DNA of 62,273 nucleotides from Ylistrum balloti (lineage: Eukaryota), in assembly GCF_031769215.1 (NCBI RefSeq), contig NW_026782915.1:1-62273 (forward strand). Direction: 5' to 3'. Positions 12,423-24,364 of the stretch are shown here, piece by piece. The position numbers and the translations under genes are program-made. Below the pieces are notes generated by a model. It made no database searches, was not told the DNA's origin, and saw nothing but the letters and a program-made list of their open reading frames with translations. Every line of letters starts with the position of its first letter. Positions within the stretch are counted from its first letter, which is position 1.

Positions 12423-15400
12423 TTATTCTGTGTAGAAGTAGGTCTCCAGTAGATTACAAGCTTCTTCTCTTATCTGTGTGTTGTTGTGGTACTCCAGGGT
12501 TTCTAGTCCCTCCAATCCTCCACATTCCTCCAATATCTTCTTTCCCTTGAAAGAAAGCATTCATCAATTTTTGTGTATTTCTTTAATGATTAAATCAATT
12601 TTTATTTACATACACAAACATTTTTAAAAATTTTCTTTTACTCATTTTAAAAAATCAGCTTTCATTATGCATACACACACATTTCATGTACTTAAAAGCT
12701 TCAAGTTTTTTTTGTTTTCGTGAACTGACAATAAATCTGCATTGCATTATTTAATATATCTGTTTTAAAGTAAACCTATATATTTTGGCAGAAATATTGT
12801 TTTGGCGATTTTCAATCTTAATATATAGTACTAAAATATGGTTTTGCTAATTGGATGTTTTTGTATATATAACAATAACTGTGAATGCCTGAATTCATTA
12901 TTATGCTTATTTATTCAAAACTGTTGCTGAGCTAAAATTACATTATAGCCAAAATATGCACATTTACGGTAAATGTCATTGAAAGTTGACTTTCCTGAAG
13001 TCCTGTGTCATCCAATACAATGATTTAATGTTATGCAAACTTCCAAATATTGTTTTCTGGTTATAATATCAGTATTTTGCAACCTACCTCTTCAGTCATT
13101 CGCAAAATCATTTCAATCAGCGCTATTCCCAGGTTCAGAATTTCCACATCATGTGACTTCAACACTGGCGCCACCTTCTGGAGAATTCCGTTATTTAACA
13201 ACTGTAAACAGAGTTCCTCGCCATGACAGGCAATATTACACAGCAGATACAAAGCCTGAAAAGTAAAGGAAACTGTCAGGACCAGATTAAGTATAATCAT
13301 AAGTAACAGTACCAAATAGTATATATTCATTTGTCTTCACAAAAAAGTGTTCACAAAGCATTCTAGATTATGTGATTGGAATTCATAATTAAGAATTATT
13401 CAAATTTCACATTCTATTTTCAACAATTTTAAGGAACTTAACACAAGAAGTAATACTGTTTTAAATAGAGATATTTCTGTATAAGATTATTTATATTTAT
13501 ATTAAAAAGAAATACTGGTTGGGTTTTCAAAAAGTTGTGCCAAATCCAACCCTTATTTTCAATTAGTTACACAAGGATACCAGAACAAATGTTTTGTTTA
13601 TTTACTGTAGGAACTTCAGTATCGCTCACTACAATTGTAAGACTTTTACAGAAATTTAAGCATACATTCTATGTCAATAAAACATCTATATGACCCCAAC
13701 ACTCCAAAACAAATCACTTCTATTCTAAGTAACATATCCTGTGCATTGTTTTTAAGAAAATCAAGTAATAAATTCTAAGAGTGAAGCCCCTAAACAAAAC
13801 TCTGTGTCTTTGGGTTGGATAGAAATTTAGCTATAAAGAACAATGACCTTGACCTCTGACATCAATGCTCTTTGACATTGAATATTTCTTTTGTAAACTT
13901 TGTTCGGCTTCATCCCAGAAACCTACAAGCCAAGTATCATGACCCTACGCTGACTGCTTCTTCAAAATTAGTCATTTGGAAAAAAAAGGCAGACCAGGCT
14001 GATGAGATGAAGTGTGAAAAACAGATAAGATCATACCTTTTTCAGCAGGCATTGTTAAATGACTTGATGTCATTTATCAACAGAATTTCTTTCAAATATG
14101 TTGAGTACCAGAAATTGATTGGTACTTTGTTGACAAGGCAAAAACCTTACCTCCATTTTGATGTCATAGGCTCCAGGGACCTGATCTAGAATCACTGGAA
14201 GGAGGGGCCCAAAGGCCAATGTGTGACAGGTATGGGGTTCCCCTGGGTAAAATAGAAATATCACACAAATAACAGATACACCACCTACTCTGTGAGGGAA
14301 ATTTATGCTAAGGATTGTTAACAAAGACACATAAGTGAAAAGCAATTTGTCATAATTTAGAGTGAGATACAGTAGAGTCAAACAATGAATTATACTGCAT
14401 CACACAGCTGTTTTGTCCTTCTAGGATTCATCAGTGATGCTAAGAGCCTAAAATTTGAAATCTAGGAGGTGATTAAGGAAAATCCAAAGTGATCGAAACA
14501 AAAGTCAAAATTTAGACGGGGGAGGTGAAGTATTCCCATAATTAGATAAATTTCGCAATTTTTATACATCAGACAATTTTACAACAGCGTCAAATACATG
14601 CGTATTTTCTGAACTTTGCCACCATTTTAGGCAAGTAGGTTACGGTAGGGTGCTAAAATAGGTAAAAATCATTTGGCAGTGCAAACTTCCCTGATGCTAA
14701 AGATATTGTAAGGTATAAGGTATTTGGAAAAGAGGCATGTTAAGGTACATTAACTACAGACATCACATCTTAATGTATAATTTATCATTGAAATGGTGAA
14801 AGTTATAATTCCAAAGCAAGGCCCCTATAACTGGTAAAATACAATATGTGGGTATGTGATTTAAAATGTGGACCTCAACTACAGACGTTGATACAACACA
14901 CAAGATACAGAAAGCCCCATATAAGTATAATATATGCAGTTTCACACTGGGGCATTTAAACATGACATTTGTACATCGATAGTTTCAGGTTTACATTACA
15001 GATCAGTGCAATAAGGTAACTAATGCAATTCCTATTTTACAAGATTTTAAAAATGGATTGAATGTATAAGTATATGAAGGAATTCTTTTTAAAAATGTAC
15101 AATTATTTTCATTTGACAATAAACCATGATTGGTAATAAGACCACCCTTGACTTTTCAGTAAAGATTTTATCAACCATCATTTCATTTACCTATGTTATT
15201 TGAGTTAAGGATTTCCTGGTTACATACAGTAATTTGAGTGTGAGAGAATTTTTTTGAAGAAAATATAAACATGTTTGTGTAGTATTAAATCCCAATGTTT
15301 AGAAGTCACTGTCTTCAATCATCTCACCTGCCATATTTGAAAGTACCCAGAGTGTTTCCTTACGGATATGTCGATGACTCGAGGAGAGATAGGCAGCCAG

Positions 15401-18400
15401 ACTCTGGAGGAGAGATGAGTTTGTGCATGCCATTTGTGTATACTCATCTGGACCACTGCACAGGTTTCCAAGGCAACGAAGCAATGGCGTTACTATCTGT
15501 AATATTGAGTAAATCTGAACTAAAATTTCCTTGTCTTGACATGCTTGTCTGTATCTATTCAATTCAATATTGTAAAGAAATAGTGAACTAGAGGTGTCGC
15601 CAGGATGTCCTCCCTCGTCCTAAATCGACAATAGTTTTGGAGGGGTTATGCAAGAAATCTTCATTTGGTCACCATGGCAACCATGAGGAAACAATTTCTC
15701 CCCCAAAAATGGTATCATTGTATTTGTCACCCCCTAAACCTTCTAATGACAATTTCAGCTAAATCAGAGAATCAGAAATTCTGACCTATCAGAAGCCTGC
15801 AAAGAGATTCCATGGTTATGGTTTTGGAAGACCTTATATGTTTGTCAAATTATAGGCTATAATTAGCTGAAGCATTTGATCATGTTTAAATGAAAAGTGA
15901 AAGGGCACAACTATATATCATTACGATCATGAGACTCAAACCCATGTGGTATGGGGCCAGTGACTCAAACCCATGTGGTCTGGGGCCAGTGACTCAAACC
16001 CATGTGGTCTGGGGCCAGTGACTCAAACCCATGTGGTCTGGGGCCAGTGACTCAAACCCATGTGGTATGGGGCCAGTGACTCAAACCCATGTGGTCTGGG
16101 GCCAGTGACTCAAACCCATGTGGTCTGGGGGAAGTGACCAAACCCATGCAGTCTGGGGGCCTTATATTGCATACCTGGAATACATGGGGATTTGTGGAGA
16201 CCAGTTGCACGAGGATGTCAACAATCTGTGTCAGAAATCCCAGTTTGACCATTTCTTCAGTAAACTCTGGACTGTGAACAAAAGAAGACCAATGGTCACA
16301 TATTTCCTTTAACAACCAGGAGAAACATGTGATCAAATTGCAGATATCTTAACCTTTATATAACTCCTGTGTGACTTTATGCATGTGTGCATTTACCGGT
16401 AAAATAATATTCATCCTTGATCTATTCTACAAATACCGAAAGACTGTTTCGCCCATCTCAACTTTTTTCAATAAGGTGGAAGAAAACCCAGCAATTTACC
16501 AGGTAGGTTTTAATTATTTGATGGTAAAGCAAACACAATCCTGGGAGAATGTTTTTCCTATATTCCTTTACACTTTTCCCCTGCTGTATCCACTAACTTA
16601 TTAAAGGCAAAAATTTGACTTTACAAATATACAGCTATATCAATTACAAGTATAATTACTGATATACTGATACTATCAAATATATTGATAATTCATTCAA
16701 ATATTTTCCAACTCCCCCATATATATCTTTAATATAGGTTGACATAACATAATCTTAAGTTCAATTTTTATCAGTTCGTAAGCACTCATCATTGTTTTAA
16801 CATGCTTTCTTTTTTATTTGTATGCTGGGATCATTCCAAAAATGAACAGCCAGCAGGGTTTTCCATAAGAGCTGGTCGCCGGCCGATTTGACCGGCTACT
16901 TTGATCATTTGGCCGCCTACACCAATCCAGTTCCGTAATAATGTTCCATACACGACTACACGTACACGGCAGGCCAGCCTCCTACTTTCACTACACAGCC
17001 TACTACTAACAAAATTGTGGAAAACCCTGAGCCAGAGTCATTTTAAGACCGGGCCTCCTTGTAGTAGCTGGTGACAACCTCACTGAACAAAAGGTGGCCT
17101 GTGGCATGACATCCATAGTAATACAGACTCAACCACATCGTTACAGACTGTCCCTTTCTCAGCTTCCTGAGGGACATGAACTGCCACATTTAGAGAGTGC
17201 AAAACAATGCACCTCGGATTTTCACCTGAGGTTACAACATAGGTCAACACTCGAACCGACCAAGCTATCATGGCCGCCTCCATAGAAACAAGTCTTGTAA
17301 GAAAACTTATAAAGCTTTACAAATGGATACAGTATACAATGAAAGTTTATAGAACTTGTAGATACTCAATAACCAAGACACTTTGTTTCCTTCCAAAATT
17401 GTATGGATTATCGAGGGTCCATTGTAAATTTTACTACAAAATTTTATCTGCTTTCAATATAGTATCATTACCGGTTGCTTCACCGATAAATACCTTTTAA
17501 GAAAGACCAGTGAACAGTAATATAAATATTTACAATGTATTTACATGATACTATGTATCATAAAATATAAGAAAAATCCAATGATGAGTGTTCTATTTAT
17601 TGCTCTTTTTAAAGATTGAAGATGTTAAAACGAGAAACCGTGAAAATGACAGAGCTATAGAATTCCATAAATCATTAAATTCATTTCTACCAAAAACATC
17701 TTTTATATCTTAGTAAATTAATGATCAATTGAAAAAAAAACTGTCTTTTTAGTACAGTTTTGTTCATTTACATGAACAATCTCCATGATTTGAGTGAGAG
17801 TCATACCTTGCAGCCAGATAGGTCAGTACCCAGGATACCTCAGTCAAGATGCCTTGGTTTTCTGCTGTGTTCACTAGTAATGTTTGAAGCAAAGGCAATG
17901 CCTTTACATTAACAACCTCCCTACATCAGGAAATAAATGTATTATAATTAGCTTCAGACAATTAGAAAATGTACAAACAATGACAATACTGTAATATCAA
18001 TGATAAAGAAAAATGTCATAATATCTAGTACAAGTTTCCTGTGTACTATACAGTATACCACAAGGTATACAGGGTGATAGGAAAATCTGGGCAAATCTAA
18101 ATAAGGATATCAATTGTAACGAACAAGAGACTGGTTTTCTCTGGTTTTATTAGTTGTAGTCCAATGGTTCACCCAAGGTTTGGGTCTTCTCCTTCATCCT
18201 ACGACAAGTTATGTACCTTAGACTCAAATCCTGGGTGTGAATTAATTCAAAATAGCAAAAGATATATGAGTTTATTGCAAGTCATGGGCTTATTGTCCTG
18301 CATGGGCTTATTGCCAGTAAAAACAGTAAACAGTAAAACAAATCTCAGGACAAGTACAAAATGCTAAGATAACCCCTTAAGGCAACTTCTCTTCCCAATA

Positions 18401-21400
18401 CAGTTGAATACTGATGTTGTAAATATAAACATAAATTCCTGTTATGTTTATGGAAGAAGTCTCCAGATATGTTTAAAATGCTGAAATGGAGGGGTTTTGG
18501 TAAATTACTCTTTTTTTCTTCTTCTTATTTTTTTAATCAAAATGCTGTTCAGCAAAACACAATTTGATGTCATAATAATATAGGCTTTCAAGTTCTAACA
18601 AAACTTAAAAGCCATGCTGATTGATAATATAAAGTTTGAAAGAGCTGAAAGCTGAAAAAAAGAACGTCAAACAAAAGACATTTTATGATAGAAATATGTA
18701 TGGATCATGGACGACATACCATAAATAGTGTCCAGTTAAAAAAATGTGCAGAAAGTATTTTGGAAAAGATTAAAAGAATACCAGAAAAGATTATAGAATT
18801 ATACTATAAGCCAATAGTAAACAGAAGAATTCTTACCTCTATAACTTAAAAGACCCAAGATGATTGTACAGTTATCCCCCTTACCTTGCTATATCATGTG
18901 ATTCCTTCACCAGATTGGACAAGGCAAATGAAGCTGACTGCACAACTGATGGATGAGGAGACTAAAATGAAAGTTGAAATATTTTGATTTTTTCAAAACT
19001 GAAATTCAATCTCTGGAAATACAGGTTTTAGATTTCATAGAAATAACAATTTTTGTGGAAAACTGAAAATGATTACAACAGCTATTTATTGGGTTGTGTG
19101 ACTGCTAAACCTTGCATGTATACAAGTTAAAATGGTACATAGCAGTGATAATTCAAAATAAAAAATCACACCATGCTACTATTTTGAAATATAGGACATA
19201 TTGTAAAGAAAATTTACTGTATAAAGGACTACTTTGCCACAAGTGAATGTTGCCACTTGATGACATACTCACAATATCTAATTTTAGCAATGTTATTACA
19301 TTTATTTATTGTTGCGTCATGTTCTAGCCAGATTTGGGTGGTGAAGGAAAATTGGAATTCTCTTGAGAAAATCAGACCTTGCCATACAATCATCTGGCAA
19401 AATTAAGACAGAGGTGAAAAAAAGCTGTTATGCAGTATTTCCCCATTTTTTCTCTTTCTTCATTTCAAATTCCGAAAACTGAAAGGTTTGACATAATGAG
19501 TAAATGAAATGTGATCTTTCACTGGATTAATCATACTTCATGGAGGAAGTGAGTTGTAGGAGTTAGAACTAATAAATTTACCTGTAAAAGCTACAAAATA
19601 CAGATTTACTTGTAGAAATCAAAACAAATTTACCTGTAGAAGTCAAAACAGATTGATCTGTAGTCTGACTTAAGGTAAAATACAGATTTACCTGTAAAAA
19701 TCAAAATAAATTTACCTGTAGACGTCAAAACAGATTGATCTGTAGTCTGACTTAAAGTAAAATACAGATTTACCTGTAAAAATCAAAATAAATTTACCTG
19801 TAGACGTCAAAACAGATTGATCTGTAGTCTGACTTAAAGTAAAATACAGATTTACCTGTAAAAATCAAAATAAATTTACCTGTAGACGTCAAAACAGATT
19901 GATCTGTAGTCTGACTTAAGGTAAAATACAGATTTACCTGTAGAAGCTAAAATACAGTTTTACATTGTAGAAGTTAAATAAGATTTACACGTACCTGTAA
20001 AAGCTGTACAAGAGGGAAGACAACTCCCTGGGCGTGTATCAGGCTACGACTTTCTTTACTATCCCCTGCTAAATTTCCTAGGGCCCATGCACTCTGGTCC
20101 TGACAAAGTAACATAAATTAGAAATTGTTGGTAGGATAAGCATTTCCTCTCTCTCATGCATATAATTTTCATTGTGAGATGAACTTGAACTTTTCAAATG
20201 TGACCTTTGACCTTTCAACCTTGGCAGGTGACCAACTTCATACAATAAAGTGTAGAACTATATGGTAAATATGAAGCAAAGATATTTAGACATTTAGATA
20301 TTTAGATATAGCACTGAGTCCAAGTGGGGTGGTATATTTAATTTCATAATATACGCTCACCTGTATTACTGGTACAACACTGCTCAGGTAAGTCACAAGG
20401 TAAGGTGCGATGTATTTAGCAACAGCGACAGCATGTTGGTGGGTACCTGCCGATATGTTAGTTATACACCATGCTGCCTCCTGTTGTAGCTCAATATCCT
20501 GTCCAGTGTATAGACCCACCAGCCAACTCAAGGAGTTTTCTATACTGTGAAATTCAAAACAGCCACCTCAATGAATTATCTATCTAAAAAAGTCATTTAT
20601 TATAGTTGTAGAACTTTAGAACATGACACACAAGTTATACTCATCATATGCTGTTATATGCTGGTAAATTATTACATCAATCTGCATTTTAAAGATTTGT
20701 AATGGTTTATTATTGCCTAAGGTTCACTTAAAGACGGGCCAGGTTTGGGTGGTTCAGGAAAGCTAGAGTTCCCAGAGAAAAATCAGCAACCTGTGGTTGA
20801 AACCTGATGTCTGCCCAATATTACATGCCTCAAACCTACATCCCAGAGGTGGAGGACAAATGAAAATGACTGTCAGACATCTTAAGCCATCATGGCTCAG
20901 GACTTGTGACCAGTATATATAGTGATACATGTAAAACTATGGTAGAGATAGTACTGGGTACACATTCAATCAGATTCTGTTTAACAAATAAAAAACGTTT
21001 TAACTGAGTGAGTGGATCAACTGACTGAAGAGAATTCAAGATAATGTGTTATATGTGGAAAGCAATTCTTTATAATAATTGTAATAGTGAGCTTGAACTT
21101 TTACCTGAAAAGCAATCCACCCTTGTTTTATCACCTTGTGAGTGTGGGCTTAATACATATAAAGGCAAAAAAGTAGTATTTCTTGAACGTGATTTTACAG
21201 AACAGTGTAAGTGAGTAGAATTATATTGCCAGACATGAATAAATATACACTGATGAAAATATCTCACCTTTAGACATCTGGTTTAAGATTTGGAACCCAA
21301 TAGAACACAACCACAAAGCATGCGTGCCATATATACATAAGATCAACTTTTGTCCTTAGTTTAGTGTTTTCAATATGCCTTTATTAAACAAACACTGGAA

Positions 21401-22656
21401 TTTTATTATCTGATAATCTATTGATACATTTTTATTATCTGATAATCCATTGATACATTTTTATTATCTGATAATCTATTGATACATTTTTATTATCTGA
21501 TAATCTATTGATACATTTATAAAATATAAGAAGCAAGTACTTTAAAGGGATAAAATCTAATTTACCTGAAGAAAACATCGATGTACACTGTGCCCTGAGA
21601 GAAGGCATGTTTTAAAAGTTTCAGGTTTTCCAGTCGATGTGCACCAGGTTTTTTGAGACCACAAGTGGCATTCCTCACCTCATAAAAGCAGAACAGGGTC
21701 TTTTAATACAGTTATAATTTCATAAACAAGAGGCCCATGGGCATTCAGGGTCATATTACTATAAAGACCTATATATGAAAGAAACCAAATTGGCCTAAAA
21801 TAAATTGCTCAACTACATTACAGCTTACATAAAAGACATTGGTTGGTTCATAAAGACATCTTCTGTGAATATGAAATCTTATCCTTTATACACAATTGCC
21901 ATTACTATGGACATATTGCTTGTTGAAAAACAAGGCCCGTTATCAAGAACCTTGGCCTTTTATTTACTGAGAAGTTGTTTATGCATTTCAACACATTTAA
22001 CCCTTGTGACCTTGACAGTAGGTTTAACTGTTTAACTGACATTTTAACAAACTTGATAGCCCTTATCATATTCTGCAGTCCAGTACCTGGTGTTTTTCTT
22101 GCATGTTCAACTCGTCCAACCATTTCAACTGCTTATGCGAAGTTGCCCTTATATACTATACACATGATCTTATATTACGGTAGCTAACTATAAAGACAGC
22201 AAATAATGCATACCTCATCTTGTGTGACTTCTACTCCAGCCTCAGCCTCTGTTATATACCGGAATCTCTTGGCATTTACAGCTTTGTCCTTCTTCTCCTT
22301 CCTTAATGCTTCGTAATTAACAGATCAACATTTGGTTGGCATTATTGCATGAATTTTATGACAGATACACGCAACTGCATGCATATCAATTGGGTTAGTT
22401 GATAATACATTTCCTGATATCGTCACTGAATAAATTAGATAAATAAAAAATCAATGCCAGTTGTAAAATGTCTTCGCCTCTACATTTACACATATCGCAC
22501 ATTTTTTTGTTTGTTTGTTTTTTAATTTTGAAAAGTGAATGAAAAAACTTGAAAATTCAGTATAAATGTATTTAACAATGCAGCATACATCTTTTTATAC
22601 ATGTAATATGTTGAATAGTTATGAATTGAAATTCATAATAATTATACTGTATAGAT

Positions 22657-22693
<37 letters not shown>

Positions 22694-23903
22694 AGACATA
22701 TATCATATTTTAGTTTTCGATGACTTAAAATTGATACATCATTTTCGCAACATCCTAGGATTTGTGAAGTCTACGATTGCCCGATCTTATTGATCTTCTC
22801 TACTCATGATACATACATTGGTAAGGCCTAAAAATATACTTGTTCGTTACATTTTGAATATGCCATATAACAGCTTAATTTTTAAAAGCACTTAATGACT
22901 TAGACCTATTTGTGAGTCATTGGTGTAAATTGTAGACCACTGAAGAATATTATCAGAGCTGACCATAGGCAAGGAGGGGTGAGGTTGGGGTGGTATTTAC
23001 TGAAATGTTGGGAAATAGAACATGTTTTATAGAATGGACCATTTCTCTAGATAATTTCAGTCAATGCAAAAGAATTGGACATTCTACACATAGCTATTAT
23101 TTTACTATCGTCTCAATGTCAGTTCCAGACAGTTATGTATTTTGTTGAGCCATAACACATGAACTATTGACCTGAGTGATCTCACACTTGAATATTTTAG
23201 GTTGCTTATAAAAATTTCCGATTCAAACAAGTCACTATGCAAATTTGAAGTCAGATCTGCAGACATTTTTTTTTGAAAAAAATACTGGTGTTTCACCAAT
23301 CAGTTTCTTTAGTAACTCTCATAGTATGAACAAATTCCAATCAATTTATGTATTTTTGGTGGCAAATCATCGACATAACGTAGCTAGAGAGAAATGATTC
23401 TAAATGGGATACTACAATAGCAGGAATATAAGACACGAGATCCATATTGCATATATATATGTATTTTAATATTTCACATATATAACGTCCGATTCCTGTG
23501 GTGGTCGATGTAAAAAAATAAGGTGGGCCATTCGATGTTAAGTCAAAAGAAAATGGAAGAAATACATGTGTCAATTTTACTGCTTTTAGGCTTGGTGGAC
23601 CTAGATATTAAGAATAAATGCATATACATATGTATGAGAGTTCAAGATGTTCGTGTTGTAGTAGTTCGCAAACATGGAACCGTTAAAGTGTACAGTTATA
23701 ATCTTTTATTTATTAGGATATAGGATGGACGCAGGCTGGGAATAAGCCCCTGTGTCCATATCTGTAGATGAATTTACCATAAATAATATTCTTAATGATA
23801 AATACTTCTGGTGTTATTTCTTACCAACTTCCTCATTTCTTGTCCGATCTCTGATTGTCTGGACATCATCAGCCTTGTGTTTGTATTGTGATTTCCGATC
23901 CAT
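12423..23903 (-). CDS. TMCO6: TMCO6-like / importin-alpha-like armadillo-repeat protein with N-terminal IBB domain (12 coding exons, 471 aa)
   Basis: Exons 23903-23825, 22308-22214, 21678-21566, 20544-20361, 20099-19995, 18961-18885, 17920-17807, 16271-16175, 15496-15328, 14242-14151, 13255-13088, 12545-12423. Phases are consistent, total 1416 nt. IBB-like MDRKSQYKHKADDVQTIRDRTRNEEVALRKEKKDKAVNAKRFR; ARM helices EAAWCITN, SAWALGNLAGDS, KETLWVLSN. The short length and motifs such as SPHPSVV and VTPLLRCLGNL favour TMCO6 over classical KPNA; the gene symbol is less certain than the gene model. Confidence 0.85.
15930..16160. repeat. 29-bp minisatellite, ~8 copies, in intron 8 of the ARM gene
   Basis: Unit GTGACTCAAACCCATGTGGTCTGGGGCCA. 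TGACTCA recurs at 15961, 15990, 16019, 16048, 16077, 16106. Confidence 0.95.
19575..20005 (-). repeat. 82-bp higher-order repeat (~4 copies) built from ~23-bp splice-junction-like monomers
   Basis: AAAATACAGATTTACCTGTA recurs at 19677, 19759, 19841 and 19923 (82-bp period). Nine TTACCTGTA copies precede the real donor at 19994. Confidence 0.93.
21401..21516. repeat. 29-bp minisatellite, 4 copies
   Basis: TTTTATTATCTGATAATCTATTGATACAT x4, each containing the inverted repeat ATTATC-T-GATAAT. Confidence 0.95.
21724..22190. mobile_element. Helentron/HINE-like non-autonomous element remnant
   Basis: Begins AAACAAGAGGCCCATGGGC and contains TGACCTTGA motifs, resembling bivalve HINE termini as recalled. 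Boundaries are approximate. Confidence 0.4.
22659..22690. repeat. (AT)n microsatellite
   Basis: Uninterrupted ATATAT run. Confidence 0.9.
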
Positions 23904-24364
23904 GATAAAATCAAAATATATAAAACCCAGGAACTAAAGTTTTGATCTTCATCCAACATCCATGGTTATTCTGCGAGGGATTTCAACTAGAGTAGCCTCC
24001 CCTCTCTGGATATTTACACACGGACGACGGATTAATGGAGGATTCTGGCCAGAGATATTATTTGTTCATGGATCTTAAGTTTATGATTTGCTTGAACAGT
24101 AATTCATGATTAAGAAAAGATATTGTTTTCCTGTAATATTGATATTTTAAAGATGAAAGTATTTTTTTTACCATAACATATTCTACAGCGTTAAAAACAG
24201 TTCGAAACGAACGACCCCGGAAGTTCAAAAGCGCGCCATATTTGATGCCACAAGTAATTGTTTCGACTGCTGTTTCCTTCGTCATATTAATATTCAATGA
24301 CGACCATGTCAGCGTCAGCGGAAAGATGATATATTCCTTTTTGATGTTCTAACATACAATTGCA
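23904..24364. promoter_or_regulatory. Bidirectional promoter between the ARM gene and MND1
   Basis: Start codons are divergent and 461 bp apart. ETS/GABP-type CCGGAAGT at 24217-24224 and YY1-type CGCCATATT at 24234-24242 lie in a locally CpG-rich stretch. Confidence 0.6.

Noticed and set aside
13164-13180. CTCF-like motif CCAGAAGGTGGCGCC (minus strand)
   Set aside because: It lies within a coding exon (QKVAP), so codon constraint explains it.
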